A stretch of 64,000 nucleotides of DNA from the IMG/VR virus record IMGVR_UViG_3300036768_001490, positions 96,001 to 160,000 of that record. One strand, 5' to 3'. The notes below the pieces were generated by a model. The model did no database searches and was not told the DNA's origin. It worked only from the letters and a program-made list of their open reading frames with translations. The DNA comes from a virus. Of the stretch, positions 49,725-59,253 are shown piece by piece. The position numbers and the translations under genes are program-made. Numbering within the stretch: the first letter of the stretch is position 1; each line of letters starts with the position of its first letter.

Positions 49725-50363
49725 TCAGCAGCTACGCTTCTCGCGCTGGCGGCGGACGTACTCCGCCAGCAGCAGGGCCTCGGCCCGACCGTGGTCCTTC
49801 TTGCGCATAAGGCCCGCGCTGGGAAAGAGGGACATGGCCTTGAGCCGGCTCGCCTCCTTGTCCTTGCCCAGCAGGCCCAGGCTGCGCTTCCACACGTTCG
49901 GCCGCACGTCCTCGACGGCGTAACCCTTGGCGTACAAAAACAGGGGCCACAGGCCCCAGGAGCGGTTCAGCACCGCCTCGGCATAGCGCCGACCGGGGCC
50001 CAGACTGCGCGGCACCTCCTCCAGCCCCACCGCCACGACCCTGGAGCGGGCCGGCTCCAGGGCCTGGAAAATGTCGCAAATGAGGCCGAAGTTGTACATG
50101 GTCGTCGAGCCATGGACCGTCCGCGTCTTGTGGCCCGTCTCCGCCTGCTCCTGGGCGCTGACGGCCCGGGAGCGCCGGACAGAAACCACGATGACAGGGA
50201 TGTCCACCACGGCGCAGCTGTTCCCGCACAGGAAGCCGATGGCCCCCTGGGCGCCCGGGTCGATGCCGATGTAGACGCCGGCGCCGTCCGTCCTGGCCTG
50301 CACCTCCTCCACGAAATGTCGGACCACTTCCTCCGGCCCCGCCGCTACCTTACCGTCCGTCAT
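49725..50363 (-). CDS. RuvC-like Holliday junction resolvase
   Basis: YIGIDPG; VGLEEV; WKRSLGL..KDKEASR; DHGRAEALLLA. Confidence 0.85.
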   Translation of the reverse strand: MTDGKVAAGPEEVVRHFVEEVQARTDGAGVYIGIDPGAQGAIGFLCGNSCAVVDIPVIVVSVRRSRAVSAQEQAETGHKTRTVHGSTTMYNFGLICDIFQALEPARSRVVAVGLEEVPRSLGPGRRYAEAVLNRSWGLWPLFLYAKGYAVEDVRPNVWKRSLGLLGKDKEASRLKAMSLFPSAGLMRKKDHGRAEALLLAEYVRRQREKRSC

Positions 50364-50431
50364 GTCCTTTCTCCTCCACCTAGACCAGGCACACTGCTAG
50401 AGACGATACCTACCCAGAAAGACAGGCACGG

Positions 50432-51358
50432 CTAGCTGTTCCGCTGTCCACGCAACCGGGACGGGAGCCCTCCGGCCACCGGGGGAGAGTCCGCGCCGGG
50501 TTCCTCTCCCTCCATGCCGCCGTCCAGGGATTCCGGCAGTGGTCCCGCCACGGCCGTTGCCGGCAAGGGCAAGGGGGCGCCAGGCAGAAGGAGCGCCCGG
50601 TACTCTTCCATCAGCAGCCGGCAGCACAGCGCGTCGGTCAGGGCACTGTGCATCTCCTGCCGCGCGATGCCATGCTTCTCCCCGAAGCGGTACTTCTGGT
50701 AGCAGTGCCGGTCCAGGTTGGAACGCACGCCAGGCGAGCGCGCCTGCTGCACCCTCTGGAAGTAACTCCGCAGCGTGTCCCCCGGCAACGGATGCACCCT
50801 CCTGTCACCAACCAGCTGGTTCGCCTTCTCGATGGCCGCCGTGTCGAAGAAGCCGTTGTCGTCATAGCGGAAGCCGTCCGCGATGCAGAAGCCGGCAAAA
50901 TTGCCGTCCAGCATCTGCTCGTCGAAGGACGCATGGTGCGCTACGAAGGGAATGCCGGCTTCCCGCACGCGGGCGAGCACGTCCCGGATAAAGGACAGGG
51001 CCTCCTCGGGACGGCGTCCCTCCGCCTGCATCCGCTCGTACGACATGGAGAAGGTTCCGCCCGCCAGCTCTATCTGCCGCTGCGCCGTCTTCAGCCTGCC
51101 GCGCAGCCAGTCATCCGGGACGGTCTTGTGCCGGGTCCAGTCCAGGACCAGCGTGACCTGCTCCTGGACCTCGCCGTCGCGCACCAGGCAATGGCCCCAT
51201 TCCGTGATGACGTCCAGGCCCGGGTCGAGGCCGGTCGTCTCCACGTCAATGGCGCAGTAATCCACCGGCCAGCTGCCGCCGTACAGGGCGCGGAACCACT
51301 CCGGCCAGTAGTTGACGATGCAGTCAGGCAGGCCCGTGACGCCGTCAGGTGTCTTCAT
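50432..51358 (-). CDS. DEDDh 3'-5' exonuclease (DnaQ-like)
   Basis: AIDVETTG; VAHHASFD; HSALTD. Confidence 0.88.
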   Translation of the reverse strand: MKTPDGVTGLPDCIVNYWPEWFRALYGGSWPVDYCAIDVETTGLDPGLDVITEWGHCLVRDGEVQEQVTLVLDWTRHKTVPDDWLRGRLKTAQRQIELAGGTFSMSYERMQAEGRRPEEALSFIRDVLARVREAGIPFVAHHASFDEQMLDGNFAGFCIADGFRYDDNGFFDTAAIEKANQLVGDRRVHPLPGDTLRSYFQRVQQARSPGVRSNLDRHCYQKYRFGEKHGIARQEMHSALTDALCCRLLMEEYRALLLPGAPLPLPATAVAGPLPESLDGGMEGEEPGADSPPVAGGLPSRLRGQRNS

Positions 51359-51980
51359 AGGAGTTGCTGTCCCACAGGGCCCGCCAGGCAAGACGGCAAC
51401 GGCGCCAGAAATGGTAAAGACGCCGGCGCCAGCGCGGCAGGACCATCAGCTTGGCACAGCGCATGCCGTACCAGCGCAGGCGACGGTAATGCAGGGCCGG
51501 TCCCTTGCCATTGATAGTGGCCTCGCGTACGCCTGCCCAGTGGTAGCCGAGCACCACCGTGCCCAGATAGGCAGCGACCACGACCCGGGCATACGGGTCC
51601 GCGTCCAGAAAGCCGCAGCGGGCCATGCCTCCTGCCATCGACTCCTTGGGGTCGTCCGCCTGGGTGGCGATGAAGCGGCACAGGCTCTGGCAGCAACGCC
51701 CCACCTCCTCGTCGCTCACCTTCTTCTCCCGCAGCAGTTCCTGGAGCGTGTCCCACGTCCCGTCCTCGCACCGCCGGGCGACCTCCTGGATCACCTGGCC
51801 GAAGTTGTGCGCCACGTCCCGGCTGACGTTGTACAGGCGGGGGTCGTGCGGGCTCATCCTGGCGTTGAGCGTCAAGGTCCACTCCTCCTGGTCTTCCAGA
51901 CCATGCCGGCACAGGCAGAAGAGGACACGGGCCTGGCCGGCGCAGGCGGCATGGTACACCTTCCCGCGGCGCCTGTCCAC
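51345..51980 (-). CDS. hypothetical protein
   Basis: ORF coupled to the exonuclease start. Confidence 0.55.
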   Translation of the reverse strand: MDRRRGKVYHAACAGQARVLFCLCRHGLEDQEEWTLTLNARMSPHDPRLYNVSRDVAHNFGQVIQEVARRCEDGTWDTLQELLREKKVSDEEVGRCCQSLCRFIATQADDPKESMAGGMARCGFLDADPYARVVVAAYLGTVVLGYHWAGVREATINGKGPALHYRRLRWYGMRCAKLMVLPRWRRRLYHFWRRCRLAWRALWDSNSYEDT

Positions 51981-52068
51981 AGAGGAAGCGCACCCGCTAT
52001 CCGCAGTCAGGACAACGAAAGGCCCCTGGCCATGTTCCGGCCAGGGGCCCGCGCCGCTCCCGCGCGCC

Positions 52069-52968
52069 TCAAGGAGCAGCTACTTCGTCTTCGGGCGCGC
52101 TGCACCCTTCCGTCCCCCCGACTTGCCCTTCCCCGTTCCTGCAGCCGCGGCAGGGCCGGTCTTCTTCGACTGGCCGACTACCTCCCCGGCCGCATCCTTC
52201 ACTACACGTGCCCGTGCTGACATTATCTTCCTCCTTGGCCAGTTCATGCCTGGCCTGCAAGAGCCGGTCCAGCTCCGCCTGCAAGTCATCTGGTTGCTGC
52301 AGGTCCACAGGCCGTAGACTCGGCTCAAACCTGCGCTGGGAGTGGCCGGGCAAGTTGCTCCGTTCCAGCACCAAGCGCTCTCGGAACCCGAAGGGGAACC
52401 GTTCCCCCCGGGGAATGACCCAGAGGTAGAACTGGTTGGCAGTGTCCACCAACCGGTCCTCCGCCGGGTACAGCTCACATGCCTCGTAGTCAGGGCCAAC
52501 CAACTCGTTCTTGATCCTTTGCAAGTCCCTCCAGTCGTGCCGGGCGCTGTTGTCCATGTCCCGGATGGAAAGACGGACACACTCCATCGTCTCCTTCCCG
52601 CCGTCCCGGCCTACCACGGGCACATCGAAGCGACCCACCTGCACCAGGTAGCGCGCGTTCTGGTAGAAGCGCACGTCCTTCCATTCGCCCCCGTAGGCCA
52701 GGTACAGCAGAGCGTTCCGCGAACCGTCCGTGTTGCCCAGCCGCCGGGCCAGAGGGCTCGATACCTTGCCGGTCACTTCCACCCACGGCGTCCACTCCGG
52801 CCGGGAGTCGTCCAGGATCTGCTGGACGTGCGACCGCAGGTCTGGAGCGCACCGCAGAGCGCGGGACAGCTCCAGCTCCAGCTTCTTCCACTCCTGCGCC
52901 GGCTGCTTCTTCCGGTTCCTCTCCCGGTGGTATCTTTGCCGGTCCCTCCGCCGCTTGCTGACACCCAT
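52069..52968 (-). CDS. phage hypothetical protein (DUF7694-like C-terminal domain)
   Basis: RLSIR....HDWRDLQRIKNELVG..EACELYPAEDRLVDTANQFYLW. Confidence 0.65.
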   Translation of the reverse strand: MGVSKRRRDRQRYHRERNRKKQPAQEWKKLELELSRALRCAPDLRSHVQQILDDSRPEWTPWVEVTGKVSSPLARRLGNTDGSRNALLYLAYGGEWKDVRFYQNARYLVQVGRFDVPVVGRDGGKETMECVRLSIRDMDNSARHDWRDLQRIKNELVGPDYEACELYPAEDRLVDTANQFYLWVIPRGERFPFGFRERLVLERSNLPGHSQRRFEPSLRPVDLQQPDDLQAELDRLLQARHELAKEEDNVSTGTCSEGCGRGGSRPVEEDRPCRGCRNGEGQVGGTEGCSAPEDEVAAP

Positions 52969-53061
52969 CGGACCACCCTCCTCCACCCCCACGGGACAGA
53001 CCCAGCGCAGACAGTGCCGCGCCGCTACCAGGCCCCAGCAGGCCAGGCAACCCGCTCCGGC

Positions 53062-55185
53062 CTACCCTCTACCTCTCCGCCCAGGGCGCCGCGCGTCCGC
53101 GGCAGCGTTCTCCTCGTAGCGCCGGTCCAGCTCCTCCGCCAGCTGGTCCGAGGTATAAAAGCGCAGCGCCTCGGGATGGCCCGCATCCAGCTCGTAAGGC
53201 TGGTGCTTCATGCCAGCGACCTCCAGTAAACCATCATACATGAACTCCCTCGCGTCAGCGACCATACCTGGATACTTTTTCTTGACGATCTCGTACACCT
53301 GGCCGAAGATGACGCGCATCTCCCACTCGCTGGACCGGTGCGTCCGCAAGGCGATGACGTGCCGCAGGGCGCGGATGTTACAGGACATCCCCATCTCATT
53401 GGCCAGTCCGCAAGGCAGGTAGCGCCGCAGGGCAGAAGTGATCTTCTTCCGAAGACCCGGCGGCAGCTCCAGCTCGCCGTCGCGCCCCGGGACCATGCCC
53501 AGATGCTCCGCCTCCCAACGAGCAATGTCCAGGCCGACCTCCTCGACCCCTGCCAGGACCGCCAGGGCGGCACGCAGACGGGCGAAACCGTTCAGACCCA
53601 TCCGGTCGCACCACAGACGGTAACTTGCCTCCAGCCCCTCCGCGTGGCTGTCCAGCAGGTGCTGGATCGGCTCCAGGACCGGGTCCGCAACCAGGCGAAG
53701 TTCGGCGCCACGGCAGTACCGCCCGGACGTCTGGCTGTAGGCCCAGCCCGCCCGGTGCCGGACCTGCTCGTGCGTGTTGCCGCACCAGAACGGCCGACCC
53801 GAGCCGCGGACGTAGACCAGACCGTCCTGCGTGCGCGGACAGTATACCTCGCCCCGGTAGGACAGGGTGAACTGCTGCTGCGGCAGCACCTGGAAGCCAG
53901 CGGCGGACGGGCGCAGCGGGCCCACCCGGTAGCACGTCTCCACCGCCGATCCACCCGTGCCACCGTCCGGGTGCTCCACGCCAAAGACACAGGCATGGGG
54001 GCAGACAGAAACCGGCGCGTCCAGTCCCAGCCTGGCCGCCAGGTACTGCCACTGGCCCGCGACGGCCGGGTTGGCGCAAAACAGCCAGTGTCTGCCCGCG
54101 CGGCCATGACCGGAGGCGATGCCCGGGCTGCCGACCACGGCGGCGGCCAGAAAGCGCCGCAACAGCCGTGCCTCCGCGTCCAGCAGCCAGCGGCTGAAGC
54201 GGCGCAGGGAAGGACCCGCGCCCACGTGCTGCTGCACGAAGCGGGCCAGCTCCGGGTCGTCCACCGTGAAGCAGAACTTCTGCTGCACAGGGCACGGTCC
54301 GCTCCGCTGCCACCTGCCCGGGAACAGACCGGACAGCAGGGAATGCAGTGAAGTCAGCACGGGCGAGGACACGCCGGCGTGCAGGAACACCCGGTCCGGA
54401 CAGGACTGCGGGACCACGCCGTCTGCCGCCACGAACCCTAGCCAGGAAAAGAACGGTCCCGCCGGGTAACAACGCTCCCCCACGCGCACCGTGTCGCCAT
54501 GCCAGTCATCGTCCTTGACAATGCGGTGCTGCAGGACAAAGGCTTTCCCCGCCACCTGGGAGACAGGCAGCTTGCGCGCCTGCCGCACGGCAAGGTCCGA
54601 CGTCAGGCAGGCGGACTCCTCCGGACAAGGAGCCGCCCAGAGGAGATGGTCCGGTGTCAGCAGAGGCGACACGCACTGGTGGGTGGCCCAGCCGTGCAAG
54701 CTGCCCTCGTACGGAAAGACATGCATCGACAGGACCGGACGCCAGTGGGCCAGGCGCGTGTCCGGGTCCAGGGTCAGCACCACGTCCCCCGCCCGCAGCT
54801 GGGAGACCCGGCGCCAGCCGTCCTCGGCCATGACCTCCGCGTCCGGGTGGTAGCAGTAGACCCGCGAGCAGTCTGTCACGACAAAGTTCAGGGAGAAGTG
54901 CTCGAACACGGAGCCGTGTCCCTGAAGCAAGGTGGCCCGGACATTACGGGCAATGTCGCGCACCTCCTGGACGTTGTCGTTGCGACCGGGAACCAGAGTC
55001 TGGTAACAGAGCTTGGCGTAAAACGACGACAGGATGTCTCCGTCGTTCAGTCCCAGGGACCGCGCCTCCTGCACGGCACGCAGGAAATCTTCCTGTCCCG
55101 TGTACGCGAGGTACTCCTTCAACCCCTCCATGTCGATGCCAGAGTACCCGACCAGAAATACCTTCGGCTGCACCCGTTTCGCCAC
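53062..55185 (-). CDS. thyX: flavin-dependent thymidylate synthase containing an intein
   Basis: GHGSVFEH; after splicing SRVY|THEQVRHRAGWAYSQTSGRY (RHRx7S); R..LP.G...NIRALRH..R; GTG start at 55185. Confidence 0.92.
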   Translation of the reverse strand: MAKRVQPKVFLVGYSGIDMEGLKEYLAYTGQEDFLRAVQEARSLGLNDGDILSSFYAKLCYQTLVPGRNDNVQEVRDIARNVRATLLQGHGSVFEHFSLNFVVTDCSRVYCYHPDAEVMAEDGWRRVSQLRAGDVVLTLDPDTRLAHWRPVLSMHVFPYEGSLHGWATHQCVSPLLTPDHLLWAAPCPEESACLTSDLAVRQARKLPVSQVAGKAFVLQHRIVKDDDWHGDTVRVGERCYPAGPFFSWLGFVAADGVVPQSCPDRVFLHAGVSSPVLTSLHSLLSGLFPGRWQRSGPCPVQQKFCFTVDDPELARFVQQHVGAGPSLRRFSRWLLDAEARLLRRFLAAAVVGSPGIASGHGRAGRHWLFCANPAVAGQWQYLAARLGLDAPVSVCPHACVFGVEHPDGGTGGSAVETCYRVGPLRPSAAGFQVLPQQQFTLSYRGEVYCPRTQDGLVYVRGSGRPFWCGNTHEQVRHRAGWAYSQTSGRYCRGAELRLVADPVLEPIQHLLDSHAEGLEASYRLWCDRMGLNGFARLRAALAVLAGVEEVGLDIARWEAEHLGMVPGRDGELELPPGLRKKITSALRRYLPCGLANEMGMSCNIRALRHVIALRTHRSSEWEMRVIFGQVYEIVKKKYPGMVADAREFMYDGLLEVAGMKHQPYELDAGHPEALRFYTSDQLAEELDRRYEENAAADARRPGRRGRG
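53776..54855 (-). mobile_element. intein (360 aa) with a partly degenerate LAGLIDADG region, in thyX
   Basis: Starts CYHPDAEVMAEDGW; TPDHLL block B; WLGFVAADG; ends VYCPRTQDGLVYVRGSGRPFWCGN followed by Thr +1. Confidence 0.92.
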
Positions 55186-55216
55186 CGCTTTCCCTCCCCC
55201 GCGCCAGCGGCGCGTC

Positions 55217-56332
55217 TCAGGAGACAAAACCCACGCTGACAGGCTGGAACGGCACGGTGCCGTCCGCCGTGTCCACGTACTCCGAGAACCGCACCCGCAG
55301 GGAACGTCCCACGTAACCTGCTGCCTGCTCCGCAAAGGCCATCTTCTCTTCCAGACTGCGCCCGGGGGCCAGCACGTCGAAGTAGTTCCCCTCGTCCGTG
55401 GCGCAGACAAAGACCGGCACGCCGGCGTGCCGGCCACGGCCCAGCTTGTAGTCCTCGACCGGAAAGGCGCGGTCATGCACCGGCACCAGCTGGAGCAGGT
55501 ACGGACTGCGCCGTCCGCCCTCGTAACCCGCCGCGCCGTGCCGCAGCATGGCCCCCGTGTGGCCAGCGGCCAGAAAATAGGACTGGGCCACCAGCAGTTC
55601 CTGGTGCGAGCGCACCTTCACCAGCTCAGCCAGGCGGACACAGCGGGACGCCCCCGGGCAGCGCGACCCCAGCAGTCTGCGCAGGTCGGCATGCCGGGCC
55701 AGGAACCCCTTGGGGGACACGAAGTCACAGGCGTGGTAACACACCCGCTCCATCTCTCCCGGCAACGGATGCCGCTGAGGACCCGATACCAGGTTGGCAA
55801 GGGCGGCCACATCCAGGTCGGGATGGCACAGCACGCCGTCCAGCGCCAGCACGCCCTCCTTGCAGCCGGCCGGACCCAGGGCTTCCGTGACATGGGGCAC
55901 GCACAGGACGCGGCCGTCCGCAGAAAAGGCCAGCGCCCTGCCTTCCACGAAACGCACCAGACAACGGACGCCGGCCAGCCTCGGCTGGGCGACCGCTGTG
56001 GACCAGTCAATCCGCCGCATCTCCTTGTGGTAAGGGACCGCTAGCATCGGCTCCTCGGCCCGGGTCGAAGTGACACCGCGTAGACACTTACCGTAGCCCA
56101 AAGCGCACTGGCGCTCCCAACGGGCCAGCGCCCGAGCACACGCGGACGCATAGGGGGACATGCCCCTTTGCCACGCCACGACCTCCTCGCGGACCGTGTG
56201 CTTCTTGCCTGCCAACGGACCGTAGCGTGTCAGGACAGTGGCCCCGGCAGCGGAAGCCTCCACCCATATCTTCCACTCCAGGATGCTGCCGTCCGCAGCA
56301 ACCTTGTACAGGCGAGGAAATGACCTTCTCAT
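55217..56332 (-). CDS. ATP-dependent DNA ligase homolog with WGR-like N-terminus, catalytic motifs lost
   Basis: QPRLAGVRC (normally QPKLDG.R); LDGVL; HTGAMLR; RSPYLLQL; C-terminal OB-like LRVRFSEY...PFQPV. Confidence 0.8.
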   Translation of the reverse strand: MRRSFPRLYKVAADGSILEWKIWVEASAAGATVLTRYGPLAGKKHTVREEVVAWQRGMSPYASACARALARWERQCALGYGKCLRGVTSTRAEEPMLAVPYHKEMRRIDWSTAVAQPRLAGVRCLVRFVEGRALAFSADGRVLCVPHVTEALGPAGCKEGVLALDGVLCHPDLDVAALANLVSGPQRHPLPGEMERVCYHACDFVSPKGFLARHADLRRLLGSRCPGASRCVRLAELVKVRSHQELLVAQSYFLAAGHTGAMLRHGAAGYEGGRRSPYLLQLVPVHDRAFPVEDYKLGRGRHAGVPVFVCATDEGNYFDVLAPGRSLEEKMAFAEQAAGYVGRSLRVRFSEYVDTADGTVPFQPVSVGFVS

Positions 56333-57414
56333 TCCTTGCTGTTTCGGTAAGCGTCCCGGTTAAAACAATCCACGCAAACGTCCGACGGCAGCTCCTCGTC
56401 AAACCAGGAGTCGGCCCGCTGGCACCGCTGGCAAAACCCGCTCGTCCAGTTGTGCTTGTGCTTGCCCGCCTCACACTCCAGGTATCCGACCGGACAGAAA
56501 TGGCACGGAAAGCTGGGAGGGTGTCCCTGCGGACAGGTGAAGCCCGGGTCCACCCGGAACGTCCGTCGCAGCTGCAACCTGTTCCACGCACGCACGCCAG
56601 AAGGAAAGACGCGCTGCTCCAGTCGGACACGGCCAGTTCCATCCACGGCCAGCGGAAAGGTAAATCCAGGGTCGCGGCCGCACAGCGCTGGATCGACCAG
56701 GCCGTACAGGCGGAAGCCGACCAACTGCTGGGGGGCCTGGTACGGGTAGCGCACCTCGCGGAGGTGACGGCGGACCTCGAAGCCAGCGCCGCAGGCCAGC
56801 AGGCGGCACATCCCCTGCGACAGCCATTTCCGCACGCGCCGCGGGCAGGGAGAGCCGGCCAGCACACGGAAAGTGTACGTGGACCCCAGGGACTGCCGTA
56901 CCTTCCTCCGCCAGCAGGCCGTGACCGCCAGCGGCACCCACTCCCGGATGCGCTGGACCTGCCACGGCGGCACCGGCCTGTACTTGAGGCGCGGAACGTT
57001 CCCGGCAATGCGCCAGGCCGTGTCGTCCGCCAGCTCCGGCGTCATGCGCCGGCCAGCCAGATGACGCAAGGAGTCCTCCACGAAGGACCGCCTGGACTCG
57101 TCCCGTGTAAACTCCTTCGGCAAAAAGGCCAACACCGTCTGCACCAGACGAGTGAACTCCTCGCCGCGCGGCGTGCAGTGGTTAAAGCCAGTGACCAGGG
57201 CCAGACGCAGCTCCGCCCTGGTCTTCAGTATCCTCTCAATGTTGTAGTTGTGAAAGAAAGCCGGCGGACCATCCCCTGGCCGCCCCAGAGACCGGCCATC
57301 GGTCGTCACTGTGCCACATGCCTTCCCTTCTCGTTCTCCACCACCAGGGCCGGACTGCCTGCAAGCAGGGACCATGCAGGCTACCATCTCCCCGGCTGAT
57401 CCCATCCTGCCCAA
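56329..57414 (-). CDS. hypothetical protein with a Cys-rich C-terminal zinc-binding region
   Basis: CPQGH..FPCHFC; CQRC; CVDC; start uncertain. Confidence 0.6.
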   Translation of the reverse strand: MGRMGSAGEMVACMVPACRQSGPGGGEREGKACGTVTTDGRSLGRPGDGPPAFFHNYNIERILKTRAELRLALVTGFNHCTPRGEEFTRLVQTVLAFLPKEFTRDESRRSFVEDSLRHLAGRRMTPELADDTAWRIAGNVPRLKYRPVPPWQVQRIREWVPLAVTACWRRKVRQSLGSTYTFRVLAGSPCPRRVRKWLSQGMCRLLACGAGFEVRRHLREVRYPYQAPQQLVGFRLYGLVDPALCGRDPGFTFPLAVDGTGRVRLEQRVFPSGVRAWNRLQLRRTFRVDPGFTCPQGHPPSFPCHFCPVGYLECEAGKHKHNWTSGFCQRCQRADSWFDEELPSDVCVDCFNRDAYRNSKE

Positions 57415-57879
57415 TCACGGCAGGCCCTTACCGTCGGACTGCTGGGGATCCAGACCGGCCATGCGATGGACAGCAGGCCGGACCACCCGGAAGCGCTCGT
57501 ACAGCTCCTCGACTGCCTCTACCATGTCCATTGCCTGGCTGTGGATCAGAGGGTTCAGGACATGCTGGACATGCTGCGGGTCCACCTTCTTCAGGTCTGC
57601 CACGCACTCAATGGATTCCCGACCATTCAGCGAGGCCGGGAACTTGAAGAGGGGCAGCCACCGGCGCCGCTCAACCTCCGCCGGCTGGCCGCTCAGGGAC
57701 ATCAGGGAACCATGCAAGCTCCGGTAGCCGGCGCCAGCGCGCCTCAAGGCCACCAGCCACGCATACATCTCCTCGATCAGATCGAACACGTCTGGCTGTC
57801 CCGCCTCCATCTTCCGGCAGGAAGCGGCTGCAGACGGCAACGGCGCGCTGCCCGCAGGCGAGGAAGGAGACTGTGACAT
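57415..57879 (-). CDS. hypothetical protein
   Basis: AAGGAGG SD upstream. Confidence 0.6.
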   Translation of the reverse strand: MSQSPSSPAGSAPLPSAAASCRKMEAGQPDVFDLIEEMYAWLVALRRAGAGYRSLHGSLMSLSGQPAEVERRRWLPLFKFPASLNGRESIECVADLKKVDPQHVQHVLNPLIHSQAMDMVEAVEELYERFRVVRPAVHRMAGLDPQQSDGKGLP

Positions 57880-57936
57880 GGGAGCACCTCCTTACAACTC
57901 GGGACTCACCGGAAGACAAGCAAGTCGTCTCCAGCT

Positions 57937-58371
57937 CTATCGGACCTGGAAGGCCATGCCCGCGTAACAGCGGAACGCATCGTCCGCCGGGGCCAGGTCC
58001 GTGCATTCGTGCCCCAACACGAGCGTCACCGACTTCGGCATACCCAGGCCGCGCCGGACCAGGTCTCCCAGAGCAACCATGCCCACCTGCAAGCCAAGCC
58101 CCCAGACAGCGGCCAGCGCTCGCTGTTTCGTACGGTAGGCATGGACAGGGACGCGGACCATGTCGCCCGACCGGGTCACGCCCCACTCGAACCCATCCAG
58201 CACGGGCCCCTGGGGCACCCAGAACTCGCCCAGGCGGGCCACGTCCGCGGCGACGAAGCCGTAAGTTCTCCGGTCTGTGCCGTGGTCCGGGCGCTGGAGG
58301 AGAAAGACCGGCTGCTGCCCGGAACGCAGGTAAGGGCCAACGTCAATCCAGTGGACCACAAACTCGGTCAT
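57937..58371 (-). CDS. hypothetical protein
   Basis: ATGA overlap with the upstream gene. Confidence 0.6.
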   Translation of the reverse strand: MTEFVVHWIDVGPYLRSGQQPVFLLQRPDHGTDRRTYGFVAADVARLGEFWVPQGPVLDGFEWGVTRSGDMVRVPVHAYRTKQRALAAVWGLGLQVGMVALGDLVRRGLGMPKSVTLVLGHECTDLAPADDAFRCYAGMAFQVR

Positions 58372-59174
58372 TGCCCGCCCATGCCCCCTGCGGCACCCAG
58401 GACGGAAACCGTGACCTGGAAGTCATGCTGCTGGCCAGCAACAGGACCACTACCTTCCTCCCAAGGCCAGGGGGTCGTCACCCCTCGGCGGACAGCCCGC
58501 GACTCCCCACCCCGGGCCGCATCATAGTTGATGGCCACACCGTCGCGGAAGTGGTGCTGGCGGTAGCCCTGCTGCCGGCACAGCTCGCCTAGCAGCCAGT
58601 CCCCGCCGTTATGGTCCAGAGCGCGGACCGGCCAGTCCCACCTTTGCAGGATGGCAGCGCGGACCACCCACCAGCCGCCGGTGCAGAACACCGGCCGGTG
58701 GTCCGGCGGCAGAGGCTTGCCACCGTACCAGGGCTGGGACATGATGGCCTGGCGCACCGACGCAGGCAGGCTCCGCGCCAGACGGTAGACCGACCCAAGA
58801 AGGTCGCACTGCTCCGCCCGCTGCGCCACCTGGGACCACCAGCCGGGTCCGCCCGTGACGTAGCTGTCGTCGTCAAACCACATGACATGGCTGGTGCGCA
58901 ACGGCGTGTCATGGAACAGACGGCGCATGAGCGGGTACTTGTGCGCATTGGCGTTGCCGCACGGCTGCATGACAAGGCAGGGCACCGGCACGTCCCGGCA
59001 ACGCTCCTGGACGTAGGACAGCGTGGCGTCGGCAACAGCGTTCAGTCCCAGGCGCAGCTCCCGCACCAGTCCCCAGTCCGCCGTGTCCAGGATGGAGCCC
59101 AGGCACCGCCGCGCCAGCTCCGGGTAGTCACCGTAGAAGAGAGCGCAGACTGTGAGCACACCACCCCTCTCCAA
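58368..59174 (-). CDS. GT-A fold glycosyltransferase-like protein
   Basis: TVCALFYG; KYPLMRR; VMWFDDDSY; FCTGGWW; HNGGD..LGE. Confidence 0.72.
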   Translation of the reverse strand: MERGGVLTVCALFYGDYPELARRCLGSILDTADWGLVRELRLGLNAVADATLSYVQERCRDVPVPCLVMQPCGNANAHKYPLMRRLFHDTPLRTSHVMWFDDDSYVTGGPGWWSQVAQRAEQCDLLGSVYRLARSLPASVRQAIMSQPWYGGKPLPPDHRPVFCTGGWWVVRAAILQRWDWPVRALDHNGGDWLLGELCRQQGYRQHHFRDGVAINYDAARGGESRAVRRGVTTPWPWEEGSGPVAGQQHDFQVTVSVLGAAGGMGGQ

Positions 59175-59253
59175 CAGGACAGAAAAAGGCCCCGGGGGCC
59201 AGCAGGAACCGGAACGCCGGCCCCGGGGCGCGTACAGGGTCCACGACCCGACA

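Noticed and set aside
55217-56332. Functional DNA ligase (lig)
   Set aside because: The catalytic Lys and other motif residues are substituted, so no gene symbol was given.
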